Origin: Octopus bimaculoides
Taxonomy: Eukaryota
Direction: 5' to 3'
DNA: 43,694 nt
NCBI RefSeq assembly: GCF_001194135.2
Contig: NC_068984.1
Span: forward strand, 123,402,934 to 123,446,627
The notes below the pieces were generated by a model. The model did no database searches. It worked only from the letters and a program-made list of their open reading frames with translations, and was not told the origin of the DNA. The translations under genes and the position numbers were made by a program. This document shows, piece after piece, positions 22,073 through 34,274 of the stretch (positions are counted from its first letter, which is position 1; each line of letters starts with the position of its first letter).

Positions 22073-23910
22073 ATATATATATGCATACATATAAACATAT
22101 ATGTATAAGAATGTAAGCCTGTATATGTACATATATACACACATACATAAAAATTAAATTATCAATAACTATGCGTATACCCCACTCTCTCTTTCGCAAA
22201 CGCACACACGCACACACATACACACACACAAACACGCACTCACACATATACACACACGCACAGAGGTTTTTGTGGGTGTTAGTTTTCTCGAGAATATATG
22301 TGTATTCGTATGTAATCTAGCTAGCTTGATATATATAAAGCTAGCGAGCGAGCGAGAGAGAGAGACAGAAGGCCCGCCTGTATGTGGTCAGATGTGCTAA
22401 TGTGCATTTGTATATGTACAAGTGTTCGTGTAAATTTATGTTTGTGTGTGTGTACATATAACTGTAGAACTTTGTATTTCCCTCACGATTAGTAAACCAT
22501 TCTCAAACAACCAATAATTTATCATTCTTTCCTTCTCACCAATCTTTTAGTATCTGATTAATTCCGTTTAGCAATTCGTCTGAAAACTGTTTTCAAATGC
22601 TGATGTATGTCTCCAGGGGCTGTACACTTTTGTAAGCCATTCCCTAATCGGTACGACCCCAATATCCATTGTTAGTAGCTTCCGGCGATATCAATAATTC
22701 TTCAATTTATTTCCGAAAGACGTGTGTGATCCCACGAGGAATAGTTATATGCGAAATCACTTTATATAATATTTTATATTCGAAAATGTCCATTTTTAAT
22801 GAGCTCAATTTTTGTTCTAACAAAGTCGTTATCATATTGTAAAGACGCCATGTTGAGATAGTAGTTTTCTGTAATTTTTACTGTTAAGTTTGTTCTCGCT
22901 CTTTTTTTTGTATTTTTCTTCAAAATTCTCTGAGTTATTTATTATTGGAGGTGATCATTTAGAACCTGAGATGCATATTTCAGAGGTATTTATAGTTTTC
23001 ATTAGTGATACTCTAGAATAGGCTGAATAAGGGTTGAAGAGGCTCTTCTCAACTCATGCTGCGATAGATTAGTCCAATGAAAAATTTCCAGTCGAAGAGG
23101 CGAGAGAAAGATGTGGAGTATAAGTAGGAAATTTAGTGGAAATTCTTATATCGACCCTGCCGTAAGCTTTGCTAATATCAAGGCAACAAATTTACCTTCT
23201 CTGAATTTCACAAGAGCTGTTGCTGTTGCTGTTGCTACTTTTTTGTTGAATCTCGATTATTACTGATTTAGCAAACCTATAAATAAAGGTATTGCAGCCA
23301 TGGCCATCCCGTCTTGTATTCAGGTACAATATAAATAGGATTACATAATCTAAAGTGGCTTTTTAAGATGGTAGTGTGTAATATAACAGATATGGTTGAC
23401 ATTTCTTGCAGATCCAGTGACAAAATGGAGGCTCGCTCTTTAACTCAGGACAAACTACTGGTATGCGCAAAGTAGGAGAGCGAGTATCCGGCGGATCTGT
23501 CTCTAAAGCAGCTGATTACGACATAGACCGTCTGAAGGTTCTGATTTGCTAAAACCCATTCATAAAGAAGAGCCAGCCTTTAAAGGATCACATCCGCTAG
23601 CAGTCAGGAGACAAGGGGACAGTGTAATCTTATATATTTCCTCCGAGGACAATCTAATCATGCATTTCCACTTTGTGTATGGTAGTAGAGATTTGGCTGC
23701 TATTTTTACTTGGTTGAATGACGACATAGAAACCAGTCAAAAAGAGTGGTTAGTTCAAACCCTTGAGGACTTCAAGTAGATATTTTGTAGCTTCAAGTAA
23801 ATATATTTTGTGTGGTATTGCATACCTAACCCTAAGTGGGTATATATGATACTATATTACTCCTAGCTCTCAGTAGATACATAGAAGTGTTATAGCACAC
23901 CTGGCTCTAC

Positions 23911-23983
<73 letters not shown>

Positions 23984-24029
23984 AGTACAGTACCTCTGCT
24001 CTAAGTAGATAAAAAAAACCCTCAAAAGA

Positions 24030-24352
24030 CTGGCACTTCATCGGTTACGACGACATGGGTTCCAGTTGGTTTGATCAACGGAACAGCCTGCTTGCGAAAT
24101 TAACGTGCATATGGCAGACCAATCCATAGACATACGTACCCTTAACGTAGTTCTCAAGGAGATTCAGCATGACGCAATGTGTGACAAAGTTGGCTCTTTG
24201 GAATACAGGTACTACTCATTTTTTGCCCTCTGTGTGAACTGGAGCAACGTGAAATAAAGTGTCTTGCTCAAGGACACAACACACCACCGGGAATCGAAAT
24301 AATGGCCTTATGATCGTGAGCCGAATATCTTAACCACTAAGCCACGCGCCTT
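24030..24352 (-). mobile_element. SINE family C, near full length
   Basis: Reverse complement head gaaggcgcgtggcttagtggttaagatattcggctcacgatc...gattcccggtgg, central tgtgtccttgagcaagacactttatttcacgttgctccag (CORE/Meta-like), tail gtcgtaaccgatgaagtgcc. Confidence 0.88.
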
Positions 24353-24584
24353 CACTTCAAGTAAATAGAGCAAACCCAAATGGAAGTAACTGTATGTAAA
24401 AGTATCGTATCCCTTAGGTCTAAGTAAACATACAGGGGTGTTATAAGGTGCATCTTGCTCTGATAAGTACATGTGATAGTAAAGTACCTCTAAGATCTAT
24501 GTCGCTATATAGGGTTAAACAGAACACTTCGTAAACCGGAGAAAATGAACTATCATATCATGAGCCTCCTGACTAAGTAGTCGA

Positions 24585-24657
24585 GATTTCGAATTTCCAT
24601 CATAATGGACGATGGAAATTCGAAATCACGTGTGCCTCAGATAAAGCTCACGTGATT
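24585..24657. other. Perfect 17-bp hairpin (9-nt loop) followed by a palindromic pair of CACGTG E-boxes
   Basis: gatttcgaatttccatc-ataatggac-gatggaaattcgaaatc (24585-24627); aatcacgtg (24624-24632) ... cacgtgatt (24649-24657). Confidence 0.9.
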
Positions 24658-25327
24658 AGATATCATTAGTTATTATAGCTTAACGTTGAAACAGCGAGAG
24701 ATCTTTTACCTGGCTGCTCGATCTGCTAGAAATTACGACCGAATTCTTCCAAGTCACATGCGACAAGCTTAAAGCAAAGAAACCACAATGTTGTCTTCGA
24801 TATTTCAAAATCCGCCCATGGTCACGGTTGGAAAGCTTTTCTCAATCAGGATTGATATGTACTTAGACAACAACAATAACAACATCAACAACAGTTCAGT
24901 GTGGTAAACAGTGCGTATGGAAATCACACCATACAATCTTTTCTTAAAAAAAAAAAAGAATGGACAATTTCATAACTGTAATCTTATATATATATATATA
25001 TATATAACAGGTATGGTCACGACTAGAACGCCTTCTTTAATCAAGACTGATATATGTCTAAATAACAACTACAATAACAGATGAGCATTGTAAACAGCAG
25101 TCGCCACGTATGTCTAATGCATATCTCATTAACTTAAAGAGCCGAACTAAAATATCATTATAGATACATAGCTTAGAGGGAGTCACCTTCCTGAAGTCAA
25201 TAACGATAATTCATCCATTGACCGGATCTGGTTACACAAAGTCACATAAGCAATTAACTTTGTTTATCGCACTTGAGTGGAATATGTAATTAGTAATAAA
25301 TTGATACGCTGCTGCTAGTGATGAGGC

Positions 25328-25394
<67 letters not shown>

Positions 25395-25407
<13 letters not shown>

Positions 25408-26600
25408 GTTATTAAGGCAGCGAGTTGGCAGAATCGTTAGCGCGCCGGGCGAAATGCTTAGCGGCATTTCGTCCGTCTTTTATATTCTGAAGTCAAATTG
25501 CGCCGAAGTTGACTTTGTCTCTCATCCGTTCGGGGTCGATAAATTAAGTACCAGTGAAACACAGGGGTCGATGTAATCGGCTAGCCCTTCCCCACAAATT
25601 CCAGGACTTCATTATCATCATCATCATCATCATCATTATTATTATTATTATTGAGTGAGAGAGCCTCTCATGCCATCAATGTGACACTGAGGTACAAACA
25701 TGCCCATCATGACTACCCATCTCATAAGGGTACACCAGGCACATGCATCACAGCCATATGTGCGCGACTTTGTGACCTCATATCAAGATAAATAGTGTAT
25801 GACCAGTTAGAATTTTCCTCAGACCGAGTAGCCCATCCCGCTCAAAAGGTCTCTGGATAAGCTTTCTTTAAGGATGATGAACGAAGCCCATATGTTTCCA
25901 GTAATGAATTATTTGAACCCCCAAATAATTCCTCTCAACACATGGCTATGATGCTCCCCCTCTATTTCTACCCGTGATCAGAGATGCACATATCGTCAAC
26001 CACTAAGATACATGCTCAACTGGTTATGGTCAAACAACTGACAAACAAATCTGTGGTATTGAGCAGAATATTTGCTGTAGCCCATCTGTTATACTAAGAC
26101 AAAACATGTTCATGATAACACTTTCGATTAGTTAGAATCAGAAGCCACGCGAGCCAGTGCCAGACTATCATCATTATCATTAATATAATTATTATTGAAC
26201 GCTGGCGAGCTGGCAAAATAATTGGCGCGCTGGGTAAAATGCTTAGCGGCATTTCTTCTATCCTTCCGTTCTGAGTTCAAATTGTGCAGAAGGCGACTTT
26301 GTCTTTTCATCCTTCCTGAGTCGATAAAATAAGTACCAGTCGAGTACTAATGTCGATGTAATCGACTAGTGTCTTCTCCCAAATTTCCAGCCCTGTGCCT
26401 ATGATAGAAGGAATTATAGTTATTGAGAGGTGGCGAGCTGGCAGACTTAACAGCACGCACGAAAAACGCTTAGAAGCATTTCGTTCGTCTTTACGTTCTG
26501 AGTTCAAGCAGCGTCGAAGTCGACATTGTCTTTCATCCTTTCGAAGAGAATAAAGAAGTATCATTTGATATCACGAAATTGCTAGCCTTGTACCTATGGT
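25395..26600. mobile_element. Nested cluster: SINE B (25395-25610 +), ~520-bp element copy 2 (25653-26146 -), SINE B (26200-26405 +), SINE B (26428-26600 +)
   Basis: Family B heads ggcagcgagttggcagaatcgttag, ggcgagctggcaaaata and ggcgagctggcagac. The first follows a long (TTA)n tract; the others follow short TTA-rich stretches. Confidence 0.85.
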
Positions 26601-27100
26601 AGAAAGAATTATGATGTAAACATCTTTATTAACGTCATTATCGGTATCATGGACGTTATCATCATGATCATCATCATCATCATCATCGTCGTCGTCGTCG
26701 TCGTCGTCGTCATTGTCATCGTAGTCGTCGTCGTTGTTGTCATCAACTATGATGAACGTGATGATCATGGTCACCGACATCACCGCCTTCCTCGTAATTC
26801 TCATCAGCATTGTCTGTGCCTCCAAGTCAAATGGTAACGCATGACTGACGCAGTAAGGTGAGATGTTTCTGAGAGAGAGAGAGAGAGAGAGAGAGAGGGT
26901 GGAGAAAGGGAGAGGTGAGGTGGGTGTGTGAGGTGAAGAAAAATATAAATAAAATAAAGGTGTGCAACTGGTGGATGAAGTGGGGGGAAACAACGCAACA
27001 ACATCAAAAACAAAAGACAAAAATAAAAGAAATTGGAAGAGATGAGTTCGATAAAACATGTCTCACGCTGACTCTAATTTATTGTATGCGCCATTGATAA

Positions 27101-27140
27101 TGCTCGGTGACGTCACAGTGACGTTTACAGTGACGTCTGG
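27101..27140. promoter_or_regulatory. Cluster of three CRE-like motifs
   Basis: TGACGTCA at 27108-27115, TGACGTT at 27119-27125 and TGACGTC at 27131-27137. Confidence 0.35.
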
Positions 27141-27271
27141 AGACTATGGAAACTCATACATGTTGTGGAAATGTGTCAATAAGAATATAAAGAGAAAGAA
27201 GGAGAAAGAGACAGAAAGAGAGACAGAGAGAGAGAGAAAGAGAGAGAGAGAAAGAGAGAGAGAAAGAAAAA

Positions 27272-27319
<48 letters not shown>

Positions 27320-27573
27320 TGATAAGGAGAGAGAGAAAGAAAAATTGAGTATCTTTCGCTATCTGTTTTCAAAGACGATGTGTGGTTATAAATGTGAATC
27401 TTTCTACATCTATCAAGTGTGTTTGTGTGTATTGTTTAGGTACTTATATCGATGATGATGAGTGTTTATAAACGAGAGTGCGTACTTTTGTTTACATACA
27501 CACACACACATACAAACACACACACACACAAACACACATACACACACATTAATATCTATATCCATATATATAC

Positions 27574-27628
<55 letters not shown>

Positions 27629-28019
27629 TATATATACACGCGCACACATTTCTATTGGTTATACCGAATGGAAGAAGTGCTCAATACATTGGTAGTATAT
27701 TTAGGTTCATGTAGTGGCCTGTTACACTGGGGTTTCCCCGAGGAGTTGCCTGCTTTTAAGAAAATAGGAAGACTGGAACTTTCTCTGTTTGAAGAATCAG
27801 TGACACTCCACGAAATTTCAGAGCAACAGGTTACAGAATCATCTGAAATAATATATGTATAAGTCGACTCCGTTGGTAACGAATGACCATGAGTGCATCT
27901 ATGAGGTTCTCCTCCGGAGTACAAGTCTGGGTGGAAAGTCGCTTCACTGGCAAACGCACAACCTAGGGTTGTTCTTATGGAAGACCAGCTGTCGCCCATG
28001 CAGTCGCCCAGCTAGGACG

Positions 28020-28735
28020 CCCCAAAATGAAGTCCGTCGGAAGAATAAACCCTGAGGACAAAGAAATGAGAACCCACAATATGGGAGAAGCCATAGCAAT
28101 TCATAATAAAAAGGAGTACTAGTGGAATGACCCAGTGAAAACCTCAATGAAATGTAAGCACAACAGACCTGATATAATGATTTGGGACAGAGAAGAGAAA
28201 CTGTACAGTTGTGGAAATTATCTGCCCAGCGGATGTTAATATAAAGCTGAAGATCAGTGAAAAAGAGAATACCTACGCTGAACTATTGAGAAATCTGCAG
28301 TTACTCTATCCAGATTACAAGTTCAGGTTTATACCTATAATTATTGGGGCCTTGGGATATGTAACACACTGCCTAAATACCAATCTTGAGGAATTAGGTT
28401 TCTCAAAACCAGAAAGGAGAAAGCTAATTTGAAGACACAGATCCAATCCATCACTGGAATTGTAAAAATCTGTAAAACTTTCCAGAAGTTTATCATCTAA
28501 ATATATATGAGCATGTCTAGATATGCAACTATATGCGTGAGAATACATACATAAAACAAAACATACAAATCTGCACATATACATACATACATACATACAT
28601 ACATACATACATACATACATACATACAAAAATACCCTTGTAGATTTTGAAATTTCAATGAATTGTATCTAAGTTAGAAAGCGGTTCTTTCTCTATTGGCA
28701 AGAAATCTTGAAATAAAACTGAATAATGATATACA
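28020..28735 (+). mobile_element. Second RLE-type non-LTR element (R2/R4/NeSL group), 3' coding end and putative 3' UTR
   Basis: NPEDKEMRTH...KEY*WNDPVKTSMKCKHNRPDIMIWDREEKL/TVVEIICPADVNIKLKISEKENTYAELLRNLQLLYPDYKFRFIPIIIGALGYV...KICKTFQKFII*. Distinct from the 19474 family. An (ATAC)n tract follows. Confidence 0.85.
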
Positions 28736-28767
28736 TACATACATATATATGCATATATACATATAAT

Positions 28768-29247
28768 CACCAACGTATCTCAAGAGCAATGAGCTCAGTT
28801 TACTATTAGACTCAGCTTCGCCAAGATCATTAACACATTTCAAATGCAGTAGGCTCAGTTTAGCCTTGAGAATCAACGCATGTCAAGGGTAATGGGCTCG
28901 GTTTTCTGTCAGACTCAGTCTAGACTCAGTTTTACTATGATCACCAACGTATCTGAAAAACAATGGGCTCAGTTTGCTGTGGGACCCAGCTTCGCCGTGA
29001 TCAGTGCATCTCAAGAGCAATAGACTTAGTTTGTTGCCAGACTCAGCTTTGCTATAATCATCAACACATCTCAAAGGCAATTGGCTCAGTTTTCTGATAA
29101 ATTTAGCCATGCTATGATCACCAATGCATCTCAATTAGCTTAGTTTACTTTCAGACTCAGCTTCGCCATGTTCATCAACGCATCTCGGGAGTAATGAACT
29201 CAGTTTACTGTCAGACTCATTTTTCTCAAGATCAGCAATGCATCTCA
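28768..29247. repeat. ~60-bp minisatellite, about 8 diverged copies
   Basis: Consensus by eye caccaacgcatctcaagagcaatgggctcagtttactgtcagactcagcttcgccatgat. The minus-strand ORF shows a 20-aa periodicity. Confidence 0.9.
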
Positions 29248-29339
29248 TGAACAAATATTGTTGAAACTGAACTTGATGGATAAACTGACCGTGTGAAAAA
29301 CCTGTCCTTTTCCATGACCACCTTCAACTTGGAAATTCA

Positions 29340-29589
29340 AGAATTAGAAAATCCCGATGGTCGCTTCATTATAACACCACAAGGAAAAAGTTAGAATGTC
29401 ATTTATTTAGAGGCTTTGGATTCAACAAGCGAACAAGGAATGTTTGCTGTTACGCCTACGAATGTGAAAATAGACATAAATCCTATTTTATTAGCCAATT
29501 TGTTTGTTGTGCGAAGCAAAATAATGAATTGATTACTGCATGGCGTTACTTTGAAGCAATAGCCGAGGAGCGCCGGCTACCTCTGCTAA
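29340..29589 (+). mobile_element. Probable Helitron 3' end
   Basis: FIITPQGKS*NVIYLEAL resembles the Helitron RepHel C-terminus (x-P-x-G-K-T-x-N-[IV]-V-Y-x-E-x-L). A GC hairpin agccg-aggagcgc-cggct (29561-29578) precedes a CTAA|T terminus (CTRR). Confidence 0.6.
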
Positions 29590-29689
29590 TATATATATGT
29601 GTGTGCGTGTGTATGTATATATAAATGTGTATATATATATATATGTATACGTGTATATATACTTATATCTATCTATATATATATATATG

Positions 29690-29775
<86 letters not shown>

Positions 29776-29785
29776 TATATATGCA

Positions 29786-29834
<49 letters not shown>

Positions 29835-30519
29835 GTATTCATATGCATATCCAAAATCACACATACATATGGACATATTACACACAGAAATGCACAAATA
29901 ATGTTTATCTTTGAGAATATTCGAAAATGTTCGAGAATGTTCATGAGATATTCAACTCATGAACATTTTTCGCTGTCGTGTCGAGAGGCCATTTGATATT
30001 GATAGTTAACGGCCTGCCAGTTTCTGCACTTCTCACTAAACGAAGAAGAAATCTGTAAAAGAACTTGGCAGATTTAATGGGTAATTTCAACATTAAGCCT
30101 GGCTATTGTGAAAGGAGCCAAATCGAATGTCTTTTACTCGCTTCAAATATTTCAGCTTAATATTTATCAAGACAAAAATAAGGAAAAGAATGGCAAAAAT
30201 AAATAAATAAAATGAAGCATAATTTATCGCCTCGTTTTCATTATCGTCTGCCAGCCGTTTTCTCTGGAGTTTATTTTGATGTTCTGTTGGTAGTGATAGA
30301 TTTCTTGGTGGATGGCGGTGGTGTGGCTTTGGTTTTGATTATCATTTACATCAATATGTCTCGTCTTTTAAGCTGCAATTATTGCAAGCTCCCCACTCCC
30401 CTTCTTGGTAGATTATCTTCAATATAAATCATATTCGCCCTTCCTATTCTTCCTTCGTCTCTCCCGTTTCATATAATTTTCTACTGATTCACTTTCGCCT
30501 TCAATACCACCATCACTAC

Positions 30520-30598
30520 CACCATTACCACCACAACTACCGCCGCCGCCGCCTCCACCACCACTATCACCACGATCACCATCACCATCACTGCCCCC

Positions 30599-30680
<82 letters not shown>

Positions 30681-30720
30681 GCTTCATTCTCGTTGTCGTC
30701 GTCTTCATTCTCGTCGTTAT
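30520..30720. repeat. (CAC/CAT)n trinucleotide tract
   Basis: Directly visible; it accounts for the poly-D and poly-M ORFs. Confidence 0.95.
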
Positions 30721-31729
30721 AGCTGTCAGTGCCAACTGGCCAAGTGCTCATTCGTATCTGTACANNNNNNNNNNNNNNNNNNNNNNNNNNNNNNNNNNNN
30801 NNNNNNNNNNNNNNNNNNNNNNNNNNNNNNNNNNNNNNNNNNNNNNNNNNNNNNNNNNNNNNNNNNNNNNNNNNNNNNNNNNNNNNNNNNNNNNNNNNNN
30901 NNNNNNNNNNNNNNNNNNNNNNNNNNNNNNNNNNNNNNNNNNNNNNNNNNNNNNNNNNNNNNNNNNNNNNNNNNNNNNNNNNNNNNNNNNNNNNNNNNNN
31001 NNNNNNNNNNNNNNNNNNNNNNNNNNNNNNNNNNNNNNNNNNNNNNNNNNNNNNNNNNNNNNNNNNNNNNNNNNNNNNNNNNNNNNNNNNNNNNNNNNNN
31101 NNNNNNNNNNNNNNNNNNNNNNNNNNNNNNNNNNNNNNNNNNNNNNNNNNNNNNNNNNNNNNNNNNNNNNNNNNNNNNNNNNNNNNNNNNNNNNNNNNNN
31201 NNNNNNNNNNNNNNNNNNNNNNNNNNNNNNNNNNNNNNNNNNNNNNNNNNNNNNNNNNNNNNNNNNNNNNNNNNNNNNNNNNNNNNNNNNNNGAAAGAAA
31301 CCTCGTTGAATGAAGCTTAATATCACAATTTTAGCCCCCAAATCACATTAAAATAAATAAATAAAATGAAATGAAATAAATAAATAAATATACAGAAAAA
31401 AAAATTAACGTATTTTAACTGTTGGCTGTTTCTGCAACAATGGCACAGGCAACAATGACACAAGCAACGACAACAGAAGTGACAGCAAAAACAACAACAG
31501 CAGTAGCAGTAACAGCAACAGAAATAGCGACGACGACAAAGTAAGTGGTGGGAGCGACTCCAAGGACAAGCAACTGTTTGTTGGAATGGCGGTAACATAA
31601 ACACAGTGCCCCTCGCACCTTCTAAACGATATGGAGGCTCTCCTGATACAACAAGCGATTTCGTTTCCTTTTTGCGTATATAGAAGAAAGTAACCAGTTA
31701 GTCAATTTTAATTAGCTTTTGGATTCTGT

Positions 31730-31847
31730 GAAGGCGTGTGGCCTAGTGGTTATTCTCACAATGGTGAGTCTAATCACAACTTGGTTCGATTTGGGGCCGG
31801 GTGGCGTTTTGTGTTCTTTAGCAAAATCACCTTCATTTCACGTAGTG

Positions 31848-31886
<39 letters not shown>

Positions 31887-32367
31887 CCGGCATACTAAAG
31901 AATAGATCCGACGTTTCCTCTGCGTGTCATAAAAGGCGACTAAAAGAGGTTTCGGTAGGATTTGCACTCCGACCTCGTAGATTCCTCACCAGCAATGACT
32001 ACCCAAACAGACCCATGGGCTGGAACGTTGTCGCCTGAATGGTGCAAAAGTGCCATCTCCCAAGACCGGTAGGAAACCACCATCCAATGGTGGATGCAGA
32101 AATGTGCTGTTACGCCGCATGCCACCATAACATAGTATCACTACTTTTGAATTCAGGGGTGTTAGGATTTGCACTCCGACCTTGTAGAGCCTTCATGAGC
32201 GACGACTACCCAAACAGACTCATGGTTGGAGGGTTGTCGCTTGAGTGGTGCAAAAGTGTCATCCGCCAAGACTAGTAGGAAATCACCAACAAATGGTGGA
32301 TGCAGAAATGTGCTGTTACGCCGCATGCCACCATAACTTAGTACTACTACTTTTGAATTCAGGGGTG
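31730..32367 (+). mobile_element. tRNA-like SINE head plus RTE-type motif, followed by a 206-bp tandem duplication
   Basis: aaggcgtgtggcctagtggtt head; gcgtgtcataaaaggcgactaaaag motif of the kind seen at RTE-LINE 5' ends; units at 31956-32161 and 32163-32367. Confidence 0.6.
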
Positions 32368-32974
32368 TTTTCCCTCGTTACCGCGTACCACTTGTGTAAC
32401 AGTTTCTTAAAGCGCAGTAACCTGGAAAAAATCAAATAAAATCAGTACTCTCGTTATCTCACCATGACACGTAAGCTTAAAGCTATAACATTAAATACTA
32501 AACAAAAGATTATAAAAAAATAGTTGAATTAAAAAGAAAAGTATAGTTGCATAATCGTTAGAAATTGCACTGTCAACTTTAAAAGCTATAATGAATGAAC
32601 GGGAAAATACACAACAAAAACAAAAATGAAATAAATAAGGATCAAAATCAAAATCCAAGTGAACATAACTCTTCTCAGTTAACAGGCACAGGCAGTAAAA
32701 TCATGAAAAATAGGGAGAAAATTTCAAGTGGGCGATTCACTCACAAGCCATTCATTATTCAGAAAAAGACATTAAATTTATTTAATTAGTTGAAACAGAA
32801 AGAAACTGAGAAACTCACTGAAATATTTGTTGTTTCTCGTAAATGGTTTGAAAAATTTAAGAAACGATTAAATCGCCCATAACATTCCGGCATTTGTTTC
32901 CGTGTATGTACTTGTGTAAATGTGTATGCGCATGTGTAGAGGTACTGTAGGCTTACTGCATTTTGAATACAGTG

Positions 32975-33175
32975 GATTGGTAGAATCGTTTGCGCGTCCG
33001 GTAAAAGCGATTCGGGATATTTACTCCGGCTCTCTACGTCCTGAAATTAAATCCCATGGAAGTCAGCTTTGCCTTTTATCTCTCCGGGGTCGAAAACGTA
33101 AATCTGTCAAATTCCGTTGTCGATGTTATCGACTAACCTTCTCCCTAAATTGTTAAATTACTGGCTTTGTTCCAG
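32975..33175 (+). mobile_element. Old SINE family B copy
   Basis: ggtagaatcgtttgcgcgtccggg...cagctttgccttttatctctccggggtcgaaaa. Confidence 0.7.
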
Positions 33176-34274
33176 ACAGTAATATAAAAAGTAAAATGGA
33201 ACATTAATTCCGTTAATCACTTGCCATATTTCATTCCACAACGGCTATCTTTGATGAGCACAGGGTTACGTAATCGGACTATTAGCTAACACTCCATTGA
33301 ATCCCTAGCGCGAAACCGATTGCTAAGATCGGCCGTAATGGATATATAATACTGTACACTTCGATTCTGCCCTAACTCTTCGAAACGCCAGTGTTGAATG
33401 GTGGCAGCTGATGAAGGAAATGTTCTCTATATGGCTTGTGTGTTTTCTGTACTTGTTTATCATTTTGTCTACGTTTTGTTTGCAATGTCCTGTATCCAGA
33501 TATGCATCTATATATACAGGTAGATGTAAGTATGTACATACATGTACGTATATATGCATATACTCATTTATTATTTGTATTATATATATATATATTATTG
33601 GTTATGTGGTTGCTGCCAAAAGCTCTGGTGGAATGGCAAGTTGTGCATTCATCTTATTCACCTACACCAGCTCTTTCCTCTGTATCAGGAGAGCCTCCAT
33701 ATCGTTTAGAAGGTGCGAGGGGCACTGTGTTTATGTTACCGCCATTCCAACAAACAGTTGCTTGTCCTTGGAGTCGCTCCCACCACTTACTTTGTCGTCG
33801 TCGCTATTTCTGTTGCTGTTACTGCTACTGCTGTTGTTGTTTTTGCTGTCACTTCTGTTGTCGTTGCTTGTGTCATTGTTGCCTGTGCCATTGTTGCTTG
33901 TGTCATTGTTATTGTGTAATTGATACTTGTGTTGTTGAACATGTCGTAACCGTTGTTTTTGTTATTGTGTTCGGGCAAGTTTGTAGTAGTATGGAATGTT
34001 GGTGGATGTTGGTGGATATTGGCATCGTCATATTTCAAAACAGGCGAAAGAAAGAAAAAGGACGAAAGTAAATAGCTATTGCAAAACTTTTGCCCTTTGG
34101 GGGGAAATTCGTCAGTCTCTTTCTTTAACCATTGAAGGAGGAGCCCTAATTTATACACTCAACAAAAAAGTTTCGACAATAAACAAATTATTTCAATAAA
34201 ATTTAATAAACTTTCGGGAGCTGATGTGACGCACTTCCACGACCGTTTTTTTACTGACTGTCTAGAAAATGGAA

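Larger units (their letters stand above)
31434..33897. repeat. 217-bp apparently perfect inverted repeat pair (31434-31650 and 33681-33897)
   Basis: Identical peptides appear in ORFs 31415..31618(-) and 33713..33919(+). Nucleotide match runs from tgtatcaggagagcc to gccattgttgc. Confidence 0.92.

Noticed and set aside
22618-22640. Possible 15-nt micro-exon (ctccag|GGGCTGTACACTTTT|gtaagc)
   Set aside because: Weak pyrimidine tract and no host gene identified; such matches are expected by chance. RNA-seq would be needed.
22775-22856. Minus-strand caacATGGCG start giving MASLQYDNDFVRTKIELIKNGHFRI*
   Set aside because: Only 25 codons, no strong donor site and no recognisable homology.
23413-23461. 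Apparent first coding exon (ttgcag|...ATGGAGGCTCGC...CTACTG|gtatgc)
   Set aside because: The acceptor lies within a reverse-oriented family E repeat, the peptide is unrecognised, and no downstream exon was found.
23546-23779. 77-aa ORF with protein-like composition
   Set aside because: Its reverse strand contains the family E repeat core (aaatagcagccaaatctc), so it is an antisense repeat read-through, and it starts at TTG.
24290-24352. tRNA-like sequences here and at other SINE heads (1480, 21676, 31730)
   Set aside because: They have A/B-box-like motifs but no complete cloverleaf, and continue into SINE bodies; not tRNA genes.
30419-30751. Asp/Gly-rich ORF resembling a biomineralisation or acidic protein
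   Set aside because: Derived from (CAT)n/(CAC)n microsatellite; the alternative frame gives poly-Met.
33787-34158. Thr-rich mucin-like ORF with a GTAAGT donor
   Set aside because: Low-complexity (ACA/GCA)-derived sequence within the inverted duplication; no signal peptide or acceptor support.
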